Position numbers and translations under genes: made by a program. The notes below the pieces were generated by a model that saw only the letters and a program-made list of their open reading frames with translations, had not been told where the DNA came from and did no database searches. Shown here piece by piece: positions 62,360 through 64,000 of a DNA stretch of 64,000 nt. Source of the DNA: Pseudobacteriovorax sp. GTDB taxonomy: Bacteria > Bdellovibrionota_B > Oligoflexia > Oligoflexales > Oligoflexaceae. Where the stretch lies: positions 1 to 64,000 of the forward strand of contig JBNKNM010000010.1 of the NCBI GenBank assembly GCA_050293845.1. Reading direction: 5' to 3'. Every line of letters begins with the position of its first letter. Position 1 is the stretch's first letter.

Positions 62360-63352
62360 GTGAAAGCAGTCATCGACTCTCTTAATGAGATCGCATCCAA
62401 CCCTAATAACAGTGACGATCTTCATAAAGCTGCCTACTTTGGGATGAGTGATGCACAAAAAGCTCAGTTCAAAAGCGAAGGATATCAGCTATACCAAGGT
62501 AAGGTACGAGAACTTTTAAAAAAAGAAGATACTCTCTATATCTTCCACACAGATCGATTAACTGCCTTTGATAAGTATATTGGTATGGTCCCTTACAAGG
62601 GACTTATCCTAGCTGAAATTTCTAGATTTTGGCTGGAGAACATTGCCGATATCATACCAAACCATTTTGAAAAGACCGTAAATGAAAGAGTGCTGAAGGT
62701 AAAGGCCTGTAAACCGATTAAAGCTGAGGTTATCGTTAGAGGATACATGGCCGGAAGTATGCAAAGGGCATATGAAAAAGGCGTGCGATCATTTTGTGGC
62801 GCTACGCTTCCTGAAGGTCTAAAGCCGTTCCAGAAACTTCCCGAAGCTATTATAACTCCGACAACAAAGGCAGAAGCCTTTGAGCATGATGAGGAAGCCA
62901 CTCCTGATGAGTTAGTGGCACAAGGAGTCTGTACCGCCGCAGAATGGCAAGAAGTATCGGATCTGGCATTAAAATTATTTGCCAGAGGTCAAGAGGTTTA
63001 TCGTGAAAAAGGTTGGATTCTAGTCGATACAAAGTACGAGTTTGGCTGGGATAAAGATGGAAAGATACGCGTGATTGATGAAGTTCATACACCCGACTCA
63101 AGCAGACTGTGGATTAAAGATACCTACCACTCCCGTTTGGCCAGTGGTGAGGCTCCAGAAATGCTTGACAAGGAGATCGTTCGTAGATTTCTCCTAAACC
63201 AGGGTTTTTCCGGTGAAGGTCAGGTCCCTCACGTACCTGCAGAGGTACTCGTTTCGTTGGCTAAAGTTTATTTGCAAGTTGCTGAAGCACTTATTGGTAA
63301 GCAGTTACAAACATGTCTGAAACCTTCCGAGCTTAGCCTTCCCACAACTTAG
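62360..63352 (+). CDS. purC: Phosphoribosylaminoimidazolesuccinocarboxamide synthase
   Basis: GKVRE, TDRLTAFD, TPTTKA, DTKYEFG, DEVHTPDSSR. Confidence 0.96.
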   Translation: MKAVIDSLNEIASNPNNSDDLHKAAYFGMSDAQKAQFKSEGYQLYQGKVRELLKKEDTLYIFHTDRLTAFDKYIGMVPYKGLILAEISRFWLENIADIIPNHFEKTVNERVLKVKACKPIKAEVIVRGYMAGSMQRAYEKGVRSFCGATLPEGLKPFQKLPEAIITPTTKAEAFEHDEEATPDELVAQGVCTAAEWQEVSDLALKLFARGQEVYREKGWILVDTKYEFGWDKDGKIRVIDEVHTPDSSRLWIKDTYHSRLASGEAPEMLDKEIVRRFLLNQGFSGEGQVPHVPAEVLVSLAKVYLQVAEALIGKQLQTCLKPSELSLPTT

Positions 63353-63397
63353 AAAAAATATGAAAATCTATTAATAGGTAAGTTTTCTATTCATAGG

Positions 63398-63424
63398 TAA
63401 ATTTTTCCTATTTGTCGCCGATCA
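63398..63424 (+). promoter_or_regulatory. Sigma-28 (FliA)-type promoter
   Basis: TAAA-N15-GCCGATCA, one mismatch to consensus, 27 bp before the ATG at 63452. Confidence 0.7.
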
Positions 63425-63451
63425 CCCCTCCGCACCATGGAGGGATGCTTG

Positions 63452-64000
63452 ATGACAAATAATAAATCAAACCTTAAAGCCCATCAAAAAACCAGCGCTG
63501 CAAACCGAGCTACAGCAACACCAGCCTATGTAGTTACAACTTTAATTCTGGGAGTCCCCCTACTCATTCTATTTGCTCTAAGGTCATTTATCAACGAATT
63601 CGTAGATTTATCGGCAGTACTTGGCGGCTTTTGCTTTCTAGTCAGCGGTTTAACCTTAGCTTTCTCATGGCGACGTCTTGAAGAATCAGGTTTAAAAAAA
63701 ACGTCAGCGATCCTCTTCACCACATCATTTTGGTTTTTTGCCATCACAGAATCCTTACAAAGTTTTGTGATTAAGGAAATCCTATTTTTTTCAACTATTT
63801 TAGTACTAGCCATCCTCTTTATAGCTACTCTTATCCTTGCCTTTGCGTGGTTGCAGCGGGTCAAAAAACACGTATCCACCCCATTACTAAGTATGCTGAG
63901 TCTAGCATTATGCGCAAGCATCTTTGTGAATATTCAAAATTCTAATTCCTTTACCCTTGAACAGAATTTAAACAGTGAAAGCTATTTACAAGCTAAATCA
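63452..64000 (+). CDS. Polytopic membrane protein, 5' part (runs off the window; not in the ORF track)
   Basis: GGAGG RBS at 63439-63443; 183 codons with no stop (MTNNKSNLKAHQKTS...); about 5 hydrophobic segments. Confidence 0.8.
   Translation, partial: MTNNKSNLKAHQKTSAANRATATPAYVVTTLILGVPLLILFALRSFINEFVDLSAVLGGFCFLVSGLTLAFSWRRLEESGLKKTSAILFTTSFWFFAITESLQSFVIKEILFFSTILVLAILFIATLILAFAWLQRVKKHVSTPLLSMLSLALCASIFVNIQNSNSFTLEQNLNSESYLQAKS

Noticed and set aside
63526..63921. 131-aa minus-strand ORF
   Set aside because: Antisense shadow of the plus-strand membrane-protein gene, which has an RBS and promoter.

Overview
This 64 kb window is gene-dense, mostly housekeeping chromosome. The gene content suggests Bdellovibrionota/Oligoflexia or a related deltaproteobacterial lineage; that placement is an inference. 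It carries mreB-mreC-mreD-mrdA-rodA-purC, alaS, xth, nth, ndk-tex-mtnP-ybgC-hppD, a three-gene biotin-dependent acyl-CoA carboxylase, amn-yebC, iorAB-type molybdoenzyme genes, an isolated bluB, two sigma-54 regulators, sensor kinases, c-type cytochromes and a subtilase. The standout feature is at the far left on the minus strand: an IS200/IS605-family OMEGA locus. It consists of a HEARO/omega-RNA (about 338 to 42) followed by the first 10 codons of an IscB/IsrB-type gene that runs off the window edge. The 23-bp 5' end of the omega-RNA occurs twice (316-338 and 502-524, 22/23 identical). The copies bracket 163 bp encoding part of an IS4/Tn5-type transposase N-terminal domain, so the predicted RNA guide is transposase sequence in a repeat-spacer-repeat layout. 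Other observations are sigma-28-like promoters before non-flagellar genes, a pseudo-histidine-kinase/receiver hybrid, a POTRA-barrel/periplasmic/NtrYX-like operon, a degenerate palindromic repeat element, and two ORFs missing from the supplied track. I saw no rRNA, tRNA or true CRISPR array. All family calls come from reading motifs by eye; no database search was run.
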